From the NCBI GenBank assembly GCA_963555755.3, contig OY820905.2, forward strand, positions 1,760,001 through 1,824,000: a stretch of 64,000 nt of DNA, given 5' to 3'. Shown here piece by piece: positions 1-11,555 of the stretch (positions are counted from its first letter, which is position 1; every line of letters begins with the position of its first letter). The notes below the pieces were generated by a model. It did not search any database. It was not told the DNA's origin and worked only from the letters and a program-made list of their open reading frames with translations. Both the position numbers and the translations under genes were made by a program. The DNA comes from Nitrospirales bacterium (GTDB lineage: Bacteria; Nitrospirota; Nitrospiria; Nitrospirales; UBA8639).

Positions 1-498
1 AATGGGAAGTCCTTCTTCTTTGTTGCGTTCTGCCGGCACATAGCCTTTTCCTGGTTTGACAATCATCTCGATATCGATATTGCCATCCTTATCGAGTGTG
101 GCAATTTTTAGGTCGGGATTGAGAACCGTGATATCCGCGTCATGTTCAATATCAGAGGCCTTCGCATCACCCGATCCCTTTTTCTTTAACCGTATGGCCT
201 TGGCCTTATCGGTATGCAATTTCAGTCGAAGATTCTTGATATTGAGAATGATGATCGTCACGTCTTCCGTCACACCTGGAAGCGTAGAAAACTCATGATA
301 GGCGCCTTCAATCTTCACTGATGTCACGGCGGCACCAGGGAGTGAAGACAATAATACCCGCCGCAGGGAATTCCCAATGGTCGTCCCAAACCCTCGTTCA
401 AAAGGCTCAGCAGTGAACTTCCCATAGGTGGTAGAGGCCGTGTCTTTTTCTAACTCCAGCCGCATCGGCAGCTGAAAATCCTTCATCCCTTTGCTCAT
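1..498 (-). CDS. rpoA: RNA polymerase alpha subunit (5' part; runs off the window)
   Basis: Read by hand from ATG 498: MSKGMKDFQLPMRLE...YGKFTAEPFERGFGTTIGNSLRRVLLSSLPGAAVT; follows rpsD. Confidence 0.97.
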   Translation of the reverse strand, partial: MSKGMKDFQLPMRLELEKDTASTTYGKFTAEPFERGFGTTIGNSLRRVLLSSLPGAAVTSVKIEGAYHEFSTLPGVTEDVTIIILNIKNLRLKLHTDKAKAIRLKKKGSGDAKASDIEHDADITVLNPDLKIATLDKDGNIDIEMIVKPGKGYVPAERNKEEGLPI

Positions 499-577
499 TA
501 CGTCCCCCTTCGCCTCATCTGTCTATGTCGAAAACATTCATGAACCTGCTTATGCTTGAAAAAATGGTTCTGTTTTT

Positions 578-698
578 GGAATGTTCAAAAAGGTGCGTCC
601 AGCAAGGCCGCAGGCCATTTGGCGCGCGGAGCGTACACGGCAGTACGTGAGCACGACAAAGGGCCGAGAACGCAGCTGGTGCCCTTTTTCAACATTCC
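578..698. repeat. ~120 bp palindromic intergenic element
   Basis: Inverted ends GGAATGTTCAAAAAGG...CCTTTTTCAACATTCC with internal stems, between rpsD and rpoA. Confidence 0.7.
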
Positions 699-700
699 CA

Positions 701-1327
701 TTATCGAGAATACAACTCAACAATCACCTGTTCATTCACGGGTGCGCCAATATCATCCTTCACTGGCAAGGCATTGATGGACCCACGAAATGCCTCGCGG
801 TCAACATCAATCCAACCAGGAGCCCCTCGTCCTTCCGCTACTTCCAACGCACTGGTTATAGCCAACAGTTCATGACTCTTCGGTTTCACAGTGATCACAT
901 CACCCACGGAAGTTGTGATGGATGCAATGTCGGCTTTTTTCCCATTGAGTTGGATATGCCCATGATTCACTAATTGGCGAGCCTGTTTTCGAGATAGGGC
1001 AAACCCGATACGATAGACCACATTATCCAAACGTTGCTCCAATAAACGCAGCAAGTTTTCCCCGGTCACCCCACTTTGGCGTTCGGCCCGTTTAAACGTC
1101 AATCGAAACTGGCGTTCTAGCACACCATACATGCGCCGTAATTTTTGCTTTTCACGAAGCTGCGCACTATAGTCTGTCGCTCGTGATCGGCCTTGTCCGT
1201 GTTGCCCCGGTGGATAACTCCGTCGCTCAATCGCGCATTTGTCCGTCATACACCGTGTTCCTTTGAGAAAGAGTTTCACCCCCTCTCGCCGACAAATCCT
1301 ACACACCGGTCCAGTATAGTTCGCCAC
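701..1327 (-). CDS. rpsD: 30S ribosomal protein S4
   Basis: CRICRREGVKLFLKG, PPGQHG, LREKQK, RLDNVVYR motifs. Confidence 0.99.
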   Translation of the reverse strand: MANYTGPVCRICRREGVKLFLKGTRCMTDKCAIERRSYPPGQHGQGRSRATDYSAQLREKQKLRRMYGVLERQFRLTFKRAERQSGVTGENLLRLLEQRLDNVVYRIGFALSRKQARQLVNHGHIQLNGKKADIASITTSVGDVITVKPKSHELLAITSALEVAEGRGAPGWIDVDREAFRGSINALPVKDDIGAPVNEQVIVELYSR

Positions 1328-1404
1328 GTCGCGTTCCTTTCACCAAAACCCAGGCTATCCTTATGCCATCAATAGTAAAGCGGCCTCATCCAGGCAGGCC
1401 ATGA

Positions 1405-1788
1405 TTACACTCGTCGTCGTTTAGGAGGACGACACCCGTTATGTGGAATGGGCGTCACATCACGAATGAGATTGACTCGCAATCCCACCGATTGTAGCGC
1501 ACGAACGGCCGACTCTCGTCCTGACCCAGGCCCATTGACGTAAACATCAATTTTTCGCATCCCATGTTCCATGGCTTTTCGTCCGGCTGCTTCTCCCGCG
1601 CGAGTCGCGGCAAACGGCGTACTCTTTCGAGACCCTTTAAACCCCAAACTCCCAGAACTCGACCAGGAGACGGTATTGCCGCTCATGTCTGTAATCGTCA
1701 CCAAGGTGTTATTAAAGGAGGCTTGAACATGCGCAATCCCCATTTGGACGATTTTCTTCTCTTTTTTTCGACCCTTTTTCACACTCAT
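1405..1788 (-). CDS. rpsK: 30S ribosomal protein S11
   Basis: [37 protein letters not shown]. Confidence 0.99.
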   Translation of the reverse strand: MSVKKGRKKEKKIVQMGIAHVQASFNNTLVTITDMSGNTVSWSSSGSLGFKGSRKSTPFAATRAGEAAGRKAMEHGMRKIDVYVNGPGSGRESAVRALQSVGLRVNLIRDVTPIPHNGCRPPKRRRV

Positions 1789-1802
1789 GCAATCACCTTT
1801 AC

Positions 1803-2171
1803 TTATTTCTTGGCACGACCAATAGAGGCTCGTTTTCCTTTTCGGGTTCGAGCATTTGTTTTCGTTCGTTGTCCACGAAGGGGAAGCCCTTTTCGATGAC
1901 GAAGACCACGGTAGGTACCCGTATCAATAAGCCGTTTGATGCTCATCGTGATTTCTCTTCGCAAATCCCCTTCCACGTTGCAATCGCGGTCAATAACTTC
2001 ACGAAGTTTCAAGATATCTTCTTCAACGAGATCTTTGACTCGAACGGCCCCATCAATACCCGTCTTTCGTAAAATACTGCGCGCGGTCCATGGACCGATT
2101 CCGTAGATATAGGTCAATCCAATGTCAAGGCGCTTCCCCACGGGAAGATCCACTCCTGCAATACGAGCCAT
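1803..2171 (-). CDS. rpsM: 30S ribosomal protein S13
   Basis: [36 protein letters not shown]. Confidence 0.99.
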   Translation of the reverse strand: MARIAGVDLPVGKRLDIGLTYIYGIGPWTARSILRKTGIDGAVRVKDLVEEDILKLREVIDRDCNVEGDLRREITMSIKRLIDTGTYRGLRHRKGLPLRGQRTKTNARTRKGKRASIGRAKK

Positions 2172-2249
2172 GCGTCCTCCTTGCGTTCATCCACCCTCTG
2201 CTCAGGCAGGTTACTGCCTCAGTCTCAAGTGGGTGAACCGTATTATTTC

Positions 2250-2363
2250 CTACCCCTGACGTTGTTTGTGCCTCGGATTAGTGCAACGCACCCGAACCAC
2301 GCCACGCCGTCGGTAGACCGTACATTTTGAACAAATGGGTTTCACTGACGATTTGACTTTCAT
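2250..2363 (-). CDS. rpmJ: 50S ribosomal protein L36 (not in ORF track)
   Basis: Manual translation [37 protein letters not shown], 37 aa. Confidence 0.97.
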   Translation of the reverse strand: MKVKSSVKPICSKCTVYRRRGVVRVRCTNPRHKQRQG

Positions 2364-2378
2364 CTTCCATCCTCTATG

Positions 2379-2597
2379 CTATTTAAAGCGATAGGTGATA
2401 CGGCCTCTCGTCAAGTCATAGGGCGACAATTCGACCGTCACTTTATCACCAGGTAATATTCTGATGAAGTGCATTCTCATTTTTCCTGATATATGTGCCA
2501 GGATCTTGTGCCCGCTCTCTAGCCGCACACGAAACATCGCATTGGGCAAGGTCTCCAACACGGAGCCCTGAACTTCAATGACATCTTCTTTTCCCAT
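2379..2597 (-). CDS. infA: Translation initiation factor IF-1
   Basis: [39 protein letters not shown]. Confidence 0.99.
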   Translation of the reverse strand: MGKEDVIEVQGSVLETLPNAMFRVRLESGHKILAHISGKMRMHFIRILPGDKVTVELSPYDLTRGRITYRFK

Positions 2598-2642
2598 AAT
2601 CACGTCCAGACTTTTCGTAGAAAGTCCCTTATTCCCAATATA

Positions 2643-3392
2643 CTACAACACCGTTAAAATTCTCGGAGGACCGCTCGGTTGAATCGCAATAGTATGTTCA
2701 AAGTGAGCAGAAAGACTCCCATCTTGTGTCACGGCCGTCCACTGATCATCTAACACCCGGATATGATATCCACCGAGATTCACCATTGGTTCAATGGCCA
2801 AGACCATTCCAACTTGCAACCGAGGCCCTTGCCCAGGCCGCCCATAATTCGGTACTTGCGGCTCTTCGTGCAATTGACGCCCAATTCCATGTCCCACAAA
2901 ATCGCGAACAACCGAAAACCCATGGGCCTCAACGTGGCATTGGACGGCATGCGAAATATCTGACAGCCGATTCCCCACTACGCCCTTTTCAAGCCCCTTC
3001 ATCATGGCCTCTTCGGTCACTCGCATGAGGGTGGCGACTTGATCGGGAACGGGACCAACGGGGACCGTCACAGCTCCGTCACCATAAAATCCCTGAACAA
3101 TTGCGCCTAAGTCCAGCCCGATGATATCCCCTTCTTTCAACACGCGATTTGACGGAATTCCGTGGACGACCTCGTCATTGACCGCCACACATAAGGTCTT
3201 GGGATAGTTTCGATAACCTTTAAATGCCGGAATCCCGCCATGGGCTCGGATAAATTCCTCGGCGATTTTATCAAGAAACGAGGTCGTAATGCCAGGCTTG
3301 ACCTCTTTTTTCAACACATGATGGGCCTCCGCAACAATTTTGGCAGCCTGGGCCATCATTTCGATCTCGTCCGGTGTTTTCAGAACAATCAT
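2643..3392 (-). CDS. map: Methionine aminopeptidase type I
   Basis: NDEVVHGIP, GHGIG..LHEEP, AIEPM, SAHFEHT. Confidence 0.98.
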   Translation of the reverse strand: MIVLKTPDEIEMMAQAAKIVAEAHHVLKKEVKPGITTSFLDKIAEEFIRAHGGIPAFKGYRNYPKTLCVAVNDEVVHGIPSNRVLKEGDIIGLDLGAIVQGFYGDGAVTVPVGPVPDQVATLMRVTEEAMMKGLEKGVVGNRLSDISHAVQCHVEAHGFSVVRDFVGHGIGRQLHEEPQVPNYGRPGQGPRLQVGMVLAIEPMVNLGGYHIRVLDDQWTAVTQDGSLSAHFEHTIAIQPSGPPRILTVL

Positions 3393-3393
3393 G

Positions 3394-3552
3394 CGTAACG
3401 ACTCAGGTCACTTCCCTTTTGGCTCATGACAGCGTTGCTGTGGTGCTCGAATCCTCATCCTTCGAGGACCTCAGGACAGGCTCAAAATGGATCGGTTCTG
3501 CGCTCCTCGCGCCTTGTCCTGAGCCAAAATTGAAGCAAACTTAAGTAGTGAC
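3394..3552. repeat. MITE-like ~155 bp element, family A copy 1
   Basis: ACTCAGGTCACTTCCCTTTTG...GCGCCTTGTCCTGAGCCAAAATTGAAGCA shared with 8101 and 31251. Confidence 0.85.
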
Positions 3553-3560
3553 ATCAAGGC

Positions 3561-4208
3561 TCAAGAAGGTGATAACAATGCAAGTAATCGCTCGTGCACA
3601 TCATCCACTGACCCTGAGCCATTCAGTTCCGCCAACACATTATTTTTACGATAATAGTCAATCAAGGGAGATGTTTGTTCTTCATACACAGTCAGTCTGG
3701 ACTCCACGGTTTCTTTTCGATCATCACTACGTTGAACAAGCTCACCCCCACATTCATCGCAGACCCCATCCCGCTTGGGAGGAACAAACTCCACATGGTA
3801 GACTGCGGGACATTGTGAACAACTTCGCCGTCCACTGAGCCGATTGATCACTTCCTCCCGTGGAACCACAAAATGCACCACACGATCAAGCGACAATTCT
3901 TTCGTAGTTAACAACGTACCCAACGTATCGGCCTGCGGCACCGTTCGTGGAAACCCATCCAGGATAAACCCTTTGGCACATTCCGGGGTGCCAACTTTTT
4001 CTTCGACTAAGCCGATCACAACATTGTCCGGAACGAGGTCCCCTCGATCCATAAATTGCTTGGCTTCTTTTCCTAATGGAGTGTGTTGTGCCACTGCTGC
4101 CCGAAGCAGGTCTCCCGTTGAAATTTTTTGGATGCCATATTTCGCCGATACCATTTCAGCCTGCGTACCTTTTCCCACACCTGGAGCACCAAGAAACACG
4201 AACCGCAT
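3561..4208 (-). CDS. adk: Adenylate kinase (Zn-lid type)
   Basis: GAPGVGKGTQA P-loop, ILDGFPRT, CSQC/CDEC lid. Confidence 0.98.
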   Translation of the reverse strand: MRFVFLGAPGVGKGTQAEMVSAKYGIQKISTGDLLRAAVAQHTPLGKEAKQFMDRGDLVPDNVVIGLVEEKVGTPECAKGFILDGFPRTVPQADTLGTLLTTKELSLDRVVHFVVPREEVINRLSGRRSCSQCPAVYHVEFVPPKRDGVCDECGGELVQRSDDRKETVESRLTVYEEQTSPLIDYYRKNNVLAELNGSGSVDDVHERLLALLSPS

Positions 4209-4214
4209 TGCCGG

Positions 4215-5528
4215 TTAACCACTCCTTCCCCTGAGCTTGCCTTTGGAGAGAAACCCTTCATAATTGCGCATCAACATATGTGATTCAATCTGTTGAGCCG
4301 TATCGAGTCCCACGCCAACGACGATAAGCAACGATGTCCCTCCAAAATAAAATGGAACATTCAACCGATAAATCAACAGCTCGGGAATAACACACACAAT
4401 GGCTAAATAAATGGCACCTGCGAAGGTAATCCGCGTCAACACCTTGTAGATATAATCCGCAGTCCGTTGCCCAGGACGAATTCCAGGGATAAAACCACCA
4501 TATTTCTTCATGTTGTCTGACATATCAACGGGATTCAGGACAACCGCTGTATAAAAAAAGCAAAAGAAAAGAATCATGCTGACATACATCAGCGTATAGA
4601 CTAACGAACCTGGAGCCAGATGGGCACCGATGGCCTGCACCCAAGGAACCTGAATAAATCCCGTAATCGTGGCAGGAAACGCAATGATCGACGACGCAAA
4701 AATTGGCGGGATCACTCCTGCCGTATTGATCTTTAAGGGAATATGAGTGTTCTGCCCCCCAAAAACACGTCGCCCCACGACTCGTTTGGCGTATTGAACA
4801 GGGACCTTACGCCGACCACTTTCCAAATAGACAATGGCCGTCACGACTCCACCCATAACCACGCCTAAAACAAGAAGTAAGAGAAGGCTGAGCTCTCCTA
4901 CCCGATACAGGTCGATGGTTTGAACGACGGCACTTGGCATCCGGGCGACGATTCCTGCAAAGATAATAAGCGAAATGCCATTCCCGACACCACGTTCAGT
5001 GATCTGCTCACCCAGCCACATTAAAAATGCGGTCCCACTGGTGAGGGTAATCACGGTCATGAAGCGAAAGGGCCAGCCGGGTTCAAGTACAAACTGTCCT
5101 TGATTCATCCCCTCCAGGCCAAGCGCAATTCCGAACCCCTGAACCAGCGCAATCCCGATGGTTCCATAGCGAGTGTATTGAATAATCGTTTTTCTTCCGC
5201 GCTCACCCTCCTTTGCCAGTTTGGATAAATGGGGAATGACAACGGTCAGTAACTGTATAATAATCGAGGCGCTGATGTACGGCATAATGCCCAGCGCGAA
5301 AATGGTAAGGCGCGATAAGGCCCCACCAGAAAAAATATCCAGGAACCCCAGAAGGGCTCCACCACGATCAAGGAGAAATTTCTGTAGCTCCTCGTTATTA
5401 ATTCCAGGTGTGGGGATATGCGCCCCAATCCGATACACAGCCAACATCGCCACCGTAAAGAGCACACGGCTGCGTAACTCTGGAATTTTGAGAATGTTTT
5501 GGAAGCTCGTAATGAGCCGTTCAAGCAC
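4215..5528 (-). CDS. secY: Preprotein translocase SecY
   Basis: [47 protein letters not shown]. Confidence 0.99.
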   Translation of the reverse strand: MLERLITSFQNILKIPELRSRVLFTVAMLAVYRIGAHIPTPGINNEELQKFLLDRGGALLGFLDIFSGGALSRLTIFALGIMPYISASIIIQLLTVVIPHLSKLAKEGERGRKTIIQYTRYGTIGIALVQGFGIALGLEGMNQGQFVLEPGWPFRFMTVITLTSGTAFLMWLGEQITERGVGNGISLIIFAGIVARMPSAVVQTIDLYRVGELSLLLLLVLGVVMGGVVTAIVYLESGRRKVPVQYAKRVVGRRVFGGQNTHIPLKINTAGVIPPIFASSIIAFPATITGFIQVPWVQAIGAHLAPGSLVYTLMYVSMILFFCFFYTAVVLNPVDMSDNMKKYGGFIPGIRPGQRTADYIYKVLTRITFAGAIYLAIVCVIPELLIYRLNVPFYFGGTSLLIVVGVGLDTAQQIESHMLMRNYEGFLSKGKLRGRSG

Positions 5529-5970
5529 GGCCTATGACCTTGGCTTGTCCGCCCGCTTGCTGGATCTTTTGAAGGGCCGACTGGCTAAATTTATGGGCTT
5601 CAACAACAAGGGGCTTGGTCAGTTCACCCACACCAAGGATCTTGATTGGTCTCGATCGTTTTTTCACGATTCCTTTGTCATATAACACTTGGAGCGTGAC
5701 TTCATTGACATCCGATAGGGCGGAGAGCACTTTGAGGTTCACAATACTGTACTCAACCCGAAATGGATTATGAAATCCTCGCTTAGGCACTCGGCGAGCC
5801 AAGGGCATTTGCCCACCTTCGAACCCAGCCATATTAGGATTCCCTGAACGAGCCAACAGCCCCTTATGACCTTTACCAGACGTTTTACCATGCCCTGACC
5901 CATGACCTCGACCCAACCGTTTTGGTTTTTTCTTGGACCCAGGGGCCGGTCTTAAATCATGTAACTTCAT
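5521..5970 (-). CDS. rplO: 50S ribosomal protein L15
   Basis: [20 protein letters not shown]. Confidence 0.99.
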   Translation of the reverse strand: MKLHDLRPAPGSKKKPKRLGRGHGSGHGKTSGKGHKGLLARSGNPNMAGFEGGQMPLARRVPKRGFHNPFRVEYSIVNLKVLSALSDVNEVTLQVLYDKGIVKKRSRPIKILGVGELTKPLVVEAHKFSQSALQKIQQAGGQAKVIGRA

Positions 5971-6173
5971 AATGATGTCACCTCGACCAAATGCTTCACT
6001 TTATCTATCAATCCAAGAACCTGAGGCGTTTGGGGATGTTCAACTGTCTGATGAAGACGTCGTAATCCAAGCCCAAGCAACAACACGCGTTGATTGGAAG
6101 GACGCCCTATAGGACTATTTTTTAGCGTAATAGAAACTCTGTTCATTGTAGTGCTTTGTTTGGATGGAGTCAT
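5967..6173 (-). CDS. rpmD: 50S ribosomal protein L30
   Basis: SPIGR...LGLRRLHQTV...KVKHLV; between rpsE and rplO; start may be Met 6146. Confidence 0.93.
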   Translation of the reverse strand: MTPSKQSTTMNRVSITLKNSPIGRPSNQRVLLLGLGLRRLHQTVEHPQTPQVLGLIDKVKHLVEVTSL

Positions 6174-6194
6174 GAAACAATATACTTAAGGATG

Positions 6195-6689
6195 TTAGGA
6201 AGAGACGGATGGCCCTGCTTGGCGCATCTTCTTCACCGCCTCTGGATCTTTCAATTTGGCAAGTCCTTCAAGCGTGGCCTGAACCACATTAAACGGGTTT
6301 CCCCTCCCTAATGTTTTCGCAACAATGTTATGAGCACCGAGCACTTCCAAAATGGCCCGAACCGCTCCACCCGCAATAATTCCGGTCCCTTCTTTGGCTG
6401 GTTTCATCAGAATATGTTCGCCGCAAAAAAACCCATGAACATCGTGGGGAATACTTCCGTTTTTCAAGGGAACTCGAATGAGCTGTTTTTTGGCTCGACC
6501 CACTGCTTTGGCAATGGCTGGAGGAACTTCAGCCGCCTTACCCTTTCCAATTCCAACCCACCCTTCACCATCTCCCACGACGACCAGTGCACTGAAAGAA
6601 AATCGTTTCCCGCCTTTCACCACCTTGGCCACGCGATTAATTGAAACCAGTTTATCTTTTAAGTTCAATTCTTCAGGATTGACACGCAC
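6195..6689 (-). CDS. rpsE: 30S ribosomal protein S5
   Basis: INRVAKVVKGGKRFSFSALVVVGD. Confidence 0.99.
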   Translation of the reverse strand: MRVNPEELNLKDKLVSINRVAKVVKGGKRFSFSALVVVGDGEGWVGIGKGKAAEVPPAIAKAVGRAKKQLIRVPLKNGSIPHDVHGFFCGEHILMKPAKEGTGIIAGGAVRAILEVLGAHNIVAKTLGRGNPFNVVQATLEGLAKLKDPEAVKKMRQAGPSVSS

Positions 6690-6708
6690 GAATAATTATC
6701 CCCCTGGG

Positions 6709-7074
6709 CTAAAAGTTAAGCCCTCCTTCACGAGAAGCATCGGCTAATGCTTTAACTCGACCATGAAATAACCGTCCACCGCGATCAAATACCACGGCAG
6801 TAATATTGGCAGCTTTGGCTCGTTCCGCTAATTGTTTTCCAACAGCCTTGGCTGCTTCATTTGATCCACAGGTTGACACAGTATCCTTGATGGATTTTTC
6901 TCTTGAAGAAGCAGCGGCTAAGGTTCGGCCCTGAGTGTCATCGATAATCTGAGCATAAATATGCGCATTACTTCGAAAGACATTCAACCTGGGTCTGGAG
7001 ATTGACCCTGTAACTTTTTTTCGAACCCGTACTTTGCGACGAGAAAATCTTCGACGTTTTGTCACTTCATTCAT
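6709..7074 (-). CDS. rplR: 50S ribosomal protein L18
   Basis: [25 protein letters not shown]. Confidence 0.99.
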   Translation of the reverse strand: MNEVTKRRRFSRRKVRVRKKVTGSISRPRLNVFRSNAHIYAQIIDDTQGRTLAAASSREKSIKDTVSTCGSNEAAKAVGKQLAERAKAANITAVVFDRGGRLFHGRVKALADASREGGLNF

Positions 7075-7083
7075 AACAACCTA

Positions 7084-7623
7084 TTATTTCTTGCCGGCCT
7101 TCCCAGCCTTTTTAATCAACACCTCTCCACTGTATTTAATGCCCTTCTGTTTATAGACGTCCGGTGGTCGAACACTACGAATATTGGCTGCGACCTGAGT
7201 CACCAACCGCTTATCAATCCCCTTGATCAACACCACAGTCTGCTTGTCAACTGAAGCTTGAATGCCTTGAGGAAGGGAAACGGAGACGGGATGAGAGAAT
7301 CCCACATTGAGTGTTAAATCTTGACCTTGGAGCTGAGCACGATATCCAACACCAGTGAGCTCCAAGGTCCGCTCATACCCTTTGGTCACACCTTCGACAA
7401 GATTACTGACTTCCATCCGCGTCAATCCATGCAAAGCTTTGAGTCGTGGAGCATCGCCATTTCGCCCAACATGAATTTCACCATCTTTTACTTCAACACT
7501 GATACCATCGGCCAAGCCCCAGTGTAACTGACCCAGAGGACCTTTCACGGTAACCTGCCGTCCGGCAACTTGAACGTCTACGCCTGTAGCAAGCGGAACC
7601 GGTTTTTTTCCAATTCGTGACAT
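7084..7623 (-). CDS. rplF: 50S ribosomal protein L6
   Basis: MSRIGKKP, GVGYRA, RPPDVYKQKGIKY. Confidence 0.99.
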   Translation of the reverse strand: MSRIGKKPVPLATGVDVQVAGRQVTVKGPLGQLHWGLADGISVEVKDGEIHVGRNGDAPRLKALHGLTRMEVSNLVEGVTKGYERTLELTGVGYRAQLQGQDLTLNVGFSHPVSVSLPQGIQASVDKQTVVLIKGIDKRLVTQVAANIRSVRPPDVYKQKGIKYSGEVLIKKAGKAGKK

Positions 7624-7671
7624 CTGCTCGTTTATCCTAATTTCCGTTTATGGCACGACAGCTGCTAATGC

Positions 7672-8076
7672 TTACCATACATGACACAACACTTCGCCAC
7701 CCATCCCATTTTTCCGTGCTTCCTGATCGGTGACGACACCTTTTGAGGTGGAAATCAATGCCACACCTAATCCACCCATCACACGAGGAATTTCTGATTT
7801 TCCAACATATTTTCGATATCCTGGCTTACTTATCCGCTTAATCCCGCCCAGAATAGGTTTTTTCTCTCTGCCAGGATGATACCGCAACGTGACCGTCAAT
7901 CCAGGGTGGCCATTAAGCGTGGTCTGCTCAAAGCCATGAATAAAACCCTCAGATTGAAAAACAGACAGAATTTTTGCTTTTAACTTAGAAGCCGGAATAC
8001 CCACTGTCGGATGACCACGCCCCCCAGCATTTAGCAGGCGAACAAACAAATCAGCAACAGGATCGGTCATTGACAT
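7672..8076 (-). CDS. rpsH: 30S ribosomal protein S8
   Basis: MSMTDPVAD, RISKPG, GLGVALISTSKG, GGEVLC. Confidence 0.98.
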   Translation of the reverse strand: MSMTDPVADLFVRLLNAGGRGHPTVGIPASKLKAKILSVFQSEGFIHGFEQTTLNGHPGLTVTLRYHPGREKKPILGGIKRISKPGYRKYVGKSEIPRVMGGLGVALISTSKGVVTDQEARKNGMGGEVLCHVW

Positions 8077-8100
8077 ATGCGTTCCTCACTTAGAAAAAAG

Positions 8101-8260
8101 GTCACTACTCAGGTCACTTCCCTTTTGCCACAGGACAGCGTTCCTGTGGTGCTCGAATCCTCATCCTTCGAAGGACCTCAGGAAAACAGGCAAAGGGGAT
8201 GGGTTCTGCGCTCCTCGCGCCCTGTCCTGAGCCAAAATTGAAGCACCCTGAGTAGTTACG
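8101..8260. repeat. MITE-like element, family A copy 2
   Basis: Same core as copy 1; right end CCTGAGTAGTTACG is inverted to the left end CGTAACGACTCAGG of copies 1 and 3. Confidence 0.85.
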
Positions 8261-8287
8261 AAAAAAGTTGGCCACAATCAAAACGAC

Positions 8288-8473
8288 TTACCAACTTGAC
8301 TTCGTGACTCCAGGGATGTCCCCACGAAGACTATGGAATCGAAAACAGATTCGGCACATATGGAATCGACGCAAAAACGCTCGAACTCTTCCACACAAAG
8401 TACAACGGTTGTATCGCCGAACCGGAAATTTTGGTTCGAGGGCCGCTTTGTTTCGTAATGCTTTTCTTGCCAC
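8288..8473 (-). CDS. rpsZ: 30S ribosomal protein S14, Zn-binding type Z
   Basis: 61 aa, RCTLCGR...[13 protein letters not shown]. Confidence 0.97.
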   Translation of the reverse strand: MARKALRNKAALEPKFPVRRYNRCTLCGRVRAFLRRFHMCRICFRFHSLRGDIPGVTKSSW

Positions 8474-8508
8474 AAGTTACTCCAACACAATCCATTGGGT
8501 GAATCAGA

Positions 8509-9099
8509 TCAACGAAAAGGCATCCCTAAATGGGCCAACAGCGCTTTGGCCTCATCATTACGGTTTGCACTGGTCACAATGGTAATATCCATTCCATGAA
8601 TCGATGCCACATCATCATACTTTATTTCAGGAAACGTTAATTGTTCCTTAAGCCCAAGCGTATAATTCCCACGCCCGTCAAAAGCCTTGGGAGACACTCC
8701 ACGAAAATCTCTGATGCGTGGCAAGGCAATATTCATCAATCGATCCAGGAATTCATACATATAATTCCCCCGAAGAGTGACTTTGGCTCCAATAGCCATC
8801 CCTTCCCGCAACTTAAACCCGGCAATGGCTTTTTTTGCTCTGGTCACAACGGGCTTTTGACCGGTAATCACCGAGAGTTCAGACACCGCACTTTCTAGAA
8901 GCTTGGCATTCTGAACGGCCTCTCCCATTCCCACATTCAGCACCACACGATCCAATCGAGGAACCTGCATATGATTTCGATAGGCAAATTCCTTGATCAT
9001 CTTGGGAATGACTTCGTTCCGGTATTTCTCCTTCAGCCGTGGAAGCGACTGTCCATTTGATGAAGACGGCTCAGCTGTACTCGTTTGCTTCTTACTCAT
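8509..9099 (-). CDS. rplE: 50S ribosomal protein L5
   Basis: [29 protein letters not shown]. Confidence 0.99.
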   Translation of the reverse strand: MSKKQTSTAEPSSSNGQSLPRLKEKYRNEVIPKMIKEFAYRNHMQVPRLDRVVLNVGMGEAVQNAKLLESAVSELSVITGQKPVVTRAKKAIAGFKLREGMAIGAKVTLRGNYMYEFLDRLMNIALPRIRDFRGVSPKAFDGRGNYTLGLKEQLTFPEIKYDDVASIHGMDITIVTSANRNDEAKALLAHLGMPFR

Positions 9100-9467
9100 C
9101 AGACTTTATCCAAAATTTCTTCAGGACTCTTTCGAAGAACCCTGACGCGCCGCCCATCATCCAACACTTTAATACCAACCCGAGACGGCCGCTGAACACC
9201 CTGGGAATAAATCATGACATTGGAGATGGCGAACGGCGCTTCACGTTCCAAAATACCCCCCTGTTTATGCTTTTGTGTCGGCTTTGTATGACGCTTGATA
9301 ATATTCAACTTTTCAACCGTCACTCTTCCGGTACGAGAAAATACCCCCAACACCTTGCCGGTTTTACCCTTTTCACGCCCGGCAATTACCATGACCGTAT
9401 CCCCTTTTTTGATCCGAGTCTTCTGGCGAACAGGTCCAGAGTTCTTCCTTCCGAGACTGCGCGCCAT
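9099..9467 (-). CDS. rplX: 50S ribosomal protein L24
   Basis: [22 protein letters not shown] motif. Confidence 0.98.
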   Translation of the reverse strand: MARSLGRKNSGPVRQKTRIKKGDTVMVIAGREKGKTGKVLGVFSRTGRVTVEKLNIIKRHTKPTQKHKQGGILEREAPFAISNVMIYSQGVQRPSRVGIKVLDDGRRVRVLRKSPEEILDKV

Positions 9468-9835
9468 TATATAACCTCAGGAGCAAGTGAAACAATTTTC
9501 ATAAACTTCTTTTTGCGCAACTCTCTGGCGACTGGCCCAAAAATCCTAGTTCCAACCGGATCGCCTTTGTCATTGACCAGTACACAGGCATTTCGATCAA
9601 AGCGTATATAGGACCCGTCTTCCCGACGGGCGCTCTTCTTGGTTCGCACAATCACCGCCTTCACCACTTGCCCTTTTTTAACGGCCGCTTTTGGGATGGC
9701 CTCTCGGACTGATACGACAATAATATCGCCAATCCCGCCATACCGCCGTCGCGTTCCGCCCAACACATGAAAACACCGGACACTTTTGGCCCCGGAATTA
9801 TCTGCTACATCAAGGTAGGTATAATTTTGAATCAT
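9467..9835 (-). CDS. rplN: 50S ribosomal protein L14
   Basis: [26 protein letters not shown]. Confidence 0.99.
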   Translation of the reverse strand: MIQNYTYLDVADNSGAKSVRCFHVLGGTRRRYGGIGDIIVVSVREAIPKAAVKKGQVVKAVIVRTKKSARREDGSYIRFDRNACVLVNDKGDPVGTRIFGPVARELRKKKFMKIVSLAPEVI

Positions 9836-9870
9836 CGCTATTCACTACTCCCAACATAGAGGAAACCCAT

Positions 9871-10149
9871 CTATGCCTGTTGAGACTTTTCGCCTCGTTC
9901 GATCACTGCCGCAACACGCCAATGTTTATCTTTGCTCAAAGGACGGGTTTCAACAATTTTCACACGATCTCCAATTTTCGATTCATTTTTCTCATCATGC
10001 GCTTTCAAAGTGGACACCAGACGAACGACCTTCCCATACAAGGGATGAGGCACGAATCTTGTAATGGCCACCACAACCGTTTTTTCCATCTTATCTTTGA
10101 CAACTTTTCCATACGTCACACGTTGTCTACGACGCTTCACATTAGTCAT
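9871..10149 (-). CDS. rpsQ: 30S ribosomal protein S17
   Basis: [22 protein letters not shown]. Confidence 0.98.
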   Translation of the reverse strand: MTNVKRRRQRVTYGKVVKDKMEKTVVVAITRFVPHPLYGKVVRLVSTLKAHDEKNESKIGDRVKIVETRPLSKDKHWRVAAVIERGEKSQQA

Positions 10150-10170
10150 TCTTTCGCACCTATACTCCCC

Positions 10171-10371
10171 TCATCGCGCCGCGTCCAACTCCTTCTCACG
10201 AAGGACTGTCCGAGCTCGGGCCACATCACGCCGGACTTGCCGAATTCGCATAGGATTTTCAATTCTTCCCAAGGCCAGTTGACATCGAAGATGAAACAAC
10301 TCTTCCTTCAGGCCGTGAACTTTCCCTACAATCTCTTCTAATTCCATTCCTCTGAGTTCTTGAATATCCAT
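10171..10371 (-). CDS. rpmC: 50S ribosomal protein L29
   Basis: ELFHLR...ENPMRIRQVRRDVAR. Confidence 0.97.
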   Translation of the reverse strand: MDIQELRGMELEEIVGKVHGLKEELFHLRCQLALGRIENPMRIRQVRRDVARARTVLREKELDAAR

Positions 10372-10382
10372 ACAGCTCTACC

Positions 10383-10802
10383 TTAGATTCCCAGCTCCCC
10401 ACGAACCACAAACTTCGTGGCCAAGGGCAATTTATGTCCAGCCAGACGAAAGGCTTCCTCCGCCACACTTCGACTCACATCGTCCATTTCATAGAGTATT
10501 CGACCGGGCTTAACCACAGCCACCCAAAACTCTGGACTACCCTTCCCTTTTCCCATTCTAACTTCAGCGGGCTTTTTGGTAACCGGCTTATCCGGAAAAA
10601 TACGGGTCCAAATACGCCCGCCACGCTTAACATAACGCGTCATGGCAATTCTGGCTGCCTCAATCTGTCTGGCAGTAATTCGTCCAGGCTCGAGTACCTT
10701 CAGACCAAACTGGCCAAACGACACGTCTCCACCACGGTAGGCCTTTCCATACATCCGGCCTTTATGAACTTTTCGATATTTAACTTTTTTGGGTGCTAAC
10801 AT
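10383..10802 (-). CDS. rplP: 50S ribosomal protein L16
   Basis: [18 protein letters not shown]. Confidence 0.99.
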   Translation of the reverse strand: MLAPKKVKYRKVHKGRMYGKAYRGGDVSFGQFGLKVLEPGRITARQIEAARIAMTRYVKRGGRIWTRIFPDKPVTKKPAEVRMGKGKGSPEFWVAVVKPGRILYEMDDVSRSVAEEAFRLAGHKLPLATKFVVRGELGI

Positions 10803-10824
10803 AATAAATTACATTTTCCCGTTT

Positions 10825-11490
10825 TCACAATAAGGCAAGAGAAGGCTCACCTTTACTTGAAGAAGGCAGCTCCGCATCACCTTTATAAATCCAAGTCTTC
10901 ACACCAATGATCCCCATGGTCGTATGGGATTCCGCAAAACCATAATCAACATCGGCGCGAAGGGTATGAAGCGGGACACGACCCTCTCGGTACCATTCCG
11001 TCCTGGCAATTTCATTTCCCCCAAGTCGCCCCGCGCACGACACCCGTATCCCTTTGGCACCCAATCGCAAGGCCGCCGCAACACTTCGCTTCATCGCCCG
11101 ACGAAACGAGACACGTTTTTCCAACTGTAAGGCAATATTTTCGGCTACCAATTGCGCATCCAACTCTGGTTTTTTAATTTCCTTGACCGTGACGTACACC
11201 TCACGACCATATTTCTGCTCAAGCAAGGCCTTCAACTTATCGACTTCAGCGCCCTTCCTGCCAATGATAATACCAGGACGTGCGGTATGAATAATGGTTT
11301 TAACCTGATTGCCTGATCGCTCTATTTCCACACGAGAAATGCCGGCATGATACAATCTGGTTTTAACAATTTTTCGGATCTGCACATCCTCGTGAAGGAG
11401 TTTCACAAAATCTTTTTTGGCATACCACCGGGAATTCCATGACCTGGTATACCCAAGCCTAAAGCCATATGGATGTGTTTTTTGACCCAT
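10825..11490 (-). CDS. rpsC: 30S ribosomal protein S3
   Basis: [28 protein letters not shown]. Confidence 0.99.
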   Translation of the reverse strand: MGQKTHPYGFRLGYTRSWNSRWYAKKDFVKLLHEDVQIRKIVKTRLYHAGISRVEIERSGNQVKTIIHTARPGIIIGRKGAEVDKLKALLEQKYGREVYVTVKEIKKPELDAQLVAENIALQLEKRVSFRRAMKRSVAAALRLGAKGIRVSCAGRLGGNEIARTEWYREGRVPLHTLRADVDYGFAESHTTMGIIGVKTWIYKGDAELPSSSKGEPSLALL

Positions 11491-11555
11491 AAATTCAGTC
11501 TACTCCTCTACATGCTAAACTGGATGTCCTACACATTCTGTCAGCGTCATGACCC